Below, one piece after another: positions 63,201 to 64,000 of a stretch of 64,000 nucleotides of DNA. Source of the stretch: Macrostomum lignano. Taxonomy: Eukaryota. The notes under the pieces are model-generated. The model made no database searches. It saw nothing but the letters and a program-made list of their open reading frames with translations, and was not told the DNA's origin. Each line of letters starts with the position of its first letter. The stretch's first letter is position 1. A program made the translations under genes and the position numbers. The stretch spans positions 175,414 to 239,413 of the forward strand of contig NIVC01001159.1 in NCBI GenBank assembly GCA_002269645.1, in the 5' to 3' direction.

Positions 63201-63843
63201 TGGTTCGCCGTCAACTGCACCACTCGCCTGCCAGCCTTGTGCCGGAAAAGCAACGGCCCGATGCCAACAACACAGCCTCATCTGCCTGGCACTTGCCCGC
63301 CAGAGTTTGTCCCCCAGTTTGACAGCTGCTACTTTGCAGCCAACAGCACAGTTCGCGTCTCGGCTTCGACTGCTCAGATCGAGTGCCAGAGGCTCTACCG
63401 CTCTAACCTAGTGAGCATACTCACCCAGAGCGAGCAGAACTTTGTTGCCGGCCTAATAAATAGCAAAGTCCAACAGTCGGGCACTCGTCGGGACTATTGG
63501 ATTGGCTTGCTGCGCAGCAGCACCGGAGGCTTCGAGTGGAACGACCTCAGCCCGCTGGGCTATGTCTACTGGAGCTTGAACGAGCCGTCCAACACGCCTA
63601 ACGAAAACTGCGTTGAAATGTACGAAAGCAACAAGAAGTGGAACGATCACTATTGCAGCAAGCTCAACTCGTACGTATGCAAGATGCCCAAACTACCGTC
63701 AACGGACTCGGGAATAACGACCACTACAACAGCTACCACCAGGACAACTCAGACCACGGTCAGTGGACAGACAAGGCCTACACAGCAACTTACAACAACG
63801 CGAACTGTTACTACACAGAGTCCCGGTGTCAGAGCTATTGCAG
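54241..63843 (+). CDS. Multi-C-type-lectin protein (mannose-receptor-like architecture), signal peptide + 12 CTLDs + Thr-rich stalk, 3' partial
   Basis: Signal exon 54241..54310 (MRIRLCTTSVFGALLLAACIAGT); further exons start at ~54662, 55205, ~55887, 56110, 56439, 57000, 57850, 58924, 59427, ~59865, ~60082, ~60604, ~60856, ~62513, ~62733. The junctions checked keep frame. Each domain has C..W..CY..W..A...C..L.SI, W(I/L)G(L/M/V/F), W.DG, and C..W..C..(Y/F)(I/V)C motifs; several have EPN + WND. Ends at donor gtgagg 63844. Confidence 0.92.
55530..55830 (-). mobile_element. tRNA-derived SINE with a CORE-like central domain (intronic)
   Basis: Minus strand reads gggggttgTAGCCTAGTGGttagggc (A box) ... 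GGTTTCGATTCtc (B box), then tgtgtccttgagcaggatacttaactctgcattgcttcagttcacccagatgtaaaatggg, which resembles the CORE domain of MIR-type SINEs (comparison from memory). Confidence 0.7.
57539..57791. mobile_element. Small foldback / MITE-like element (intronic)
   Basis: Ends atggggacgcttttata / tgtaaaagcgccccat, with internal inverted blocks (ttcatatcgcct / aggcgatatgaa). Confidence 0.55.
58183..58701. mobile_element. MITE with ~80-bp TIRs (519 bp, intronic)
   Basis: gaggatgtgaactaaagagtcagaatggagcccgaaacattgggtcccgatttctctacgccaatcccttcattttgagc matches the reverse complement of ~58622..58701; no clear TSD. Confidence 0.75.
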
Positions 63844-64000
63844 GTGAGGGTGCAACAGTTTAGAAAATTACTAGCAAGTGATATGTACTCTAGAGATTTG
63901 TGAAATTTCCTGCTTCAAGCGCCCCTGAAATATTACAAGCGCTAAGTATACAAGCGTATGTAGAAAACACTCGATTTTCTTTAAAATGTTCAGAGGCTGA

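Overview
Eukaryotic, intron-rich animal DNA. There are no operons, CRISPR arrays or rRNA. The minisatellite-rich style is compatible with an invertebrate such as a free-living flatworm, but the species cannot be fixed from sequence alone. From left to right: (1) a + strand BTB-BACK-Kelch gene (1..7666, 5' end outside the window) with an N-terminal 21-aa coding repeat and a 5'-truncated RT-RNaseH LINE (12-bp TSD) in its long intron; (2) a single-exon class A GPCR on the - strand (12455..13696); (3) two tandem - strand paralogues encoding ~1,450-1,480-aa secreted proteins, WSC-B 19827..32208 (intact) and WSC-A 43114..51580 (two frame lesions). Each has a signal peptide and 13 WSC domains, one per exon, arranged as a 3x(4 WSC + linker)+1 higher-order repeat. 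All internal exons are phase 1-1, and an 18/33/39/27-nt micro-exon quartet is conserved in both; (4) between the paralogues, a nest of two head-to-tail non-autonomous Helitron-like elements carrying expanded satellites, plus a DD34D mariner fossil inserted in a minisatellite; (5) head-to-head with WSC-A, a + strand gene for a secreted or membrane protein with at least 12 C-type lectin domains (54241..63843, continuing past the window). The most interesting candidate system is this modular WSC / C-type-lectin glycan-recognition locus, which may be able to generate isoforms by frame-preserving exon skipping. All exon models were read by eye from GT-AG signals and reading frame and need RNA-seq confirmation.
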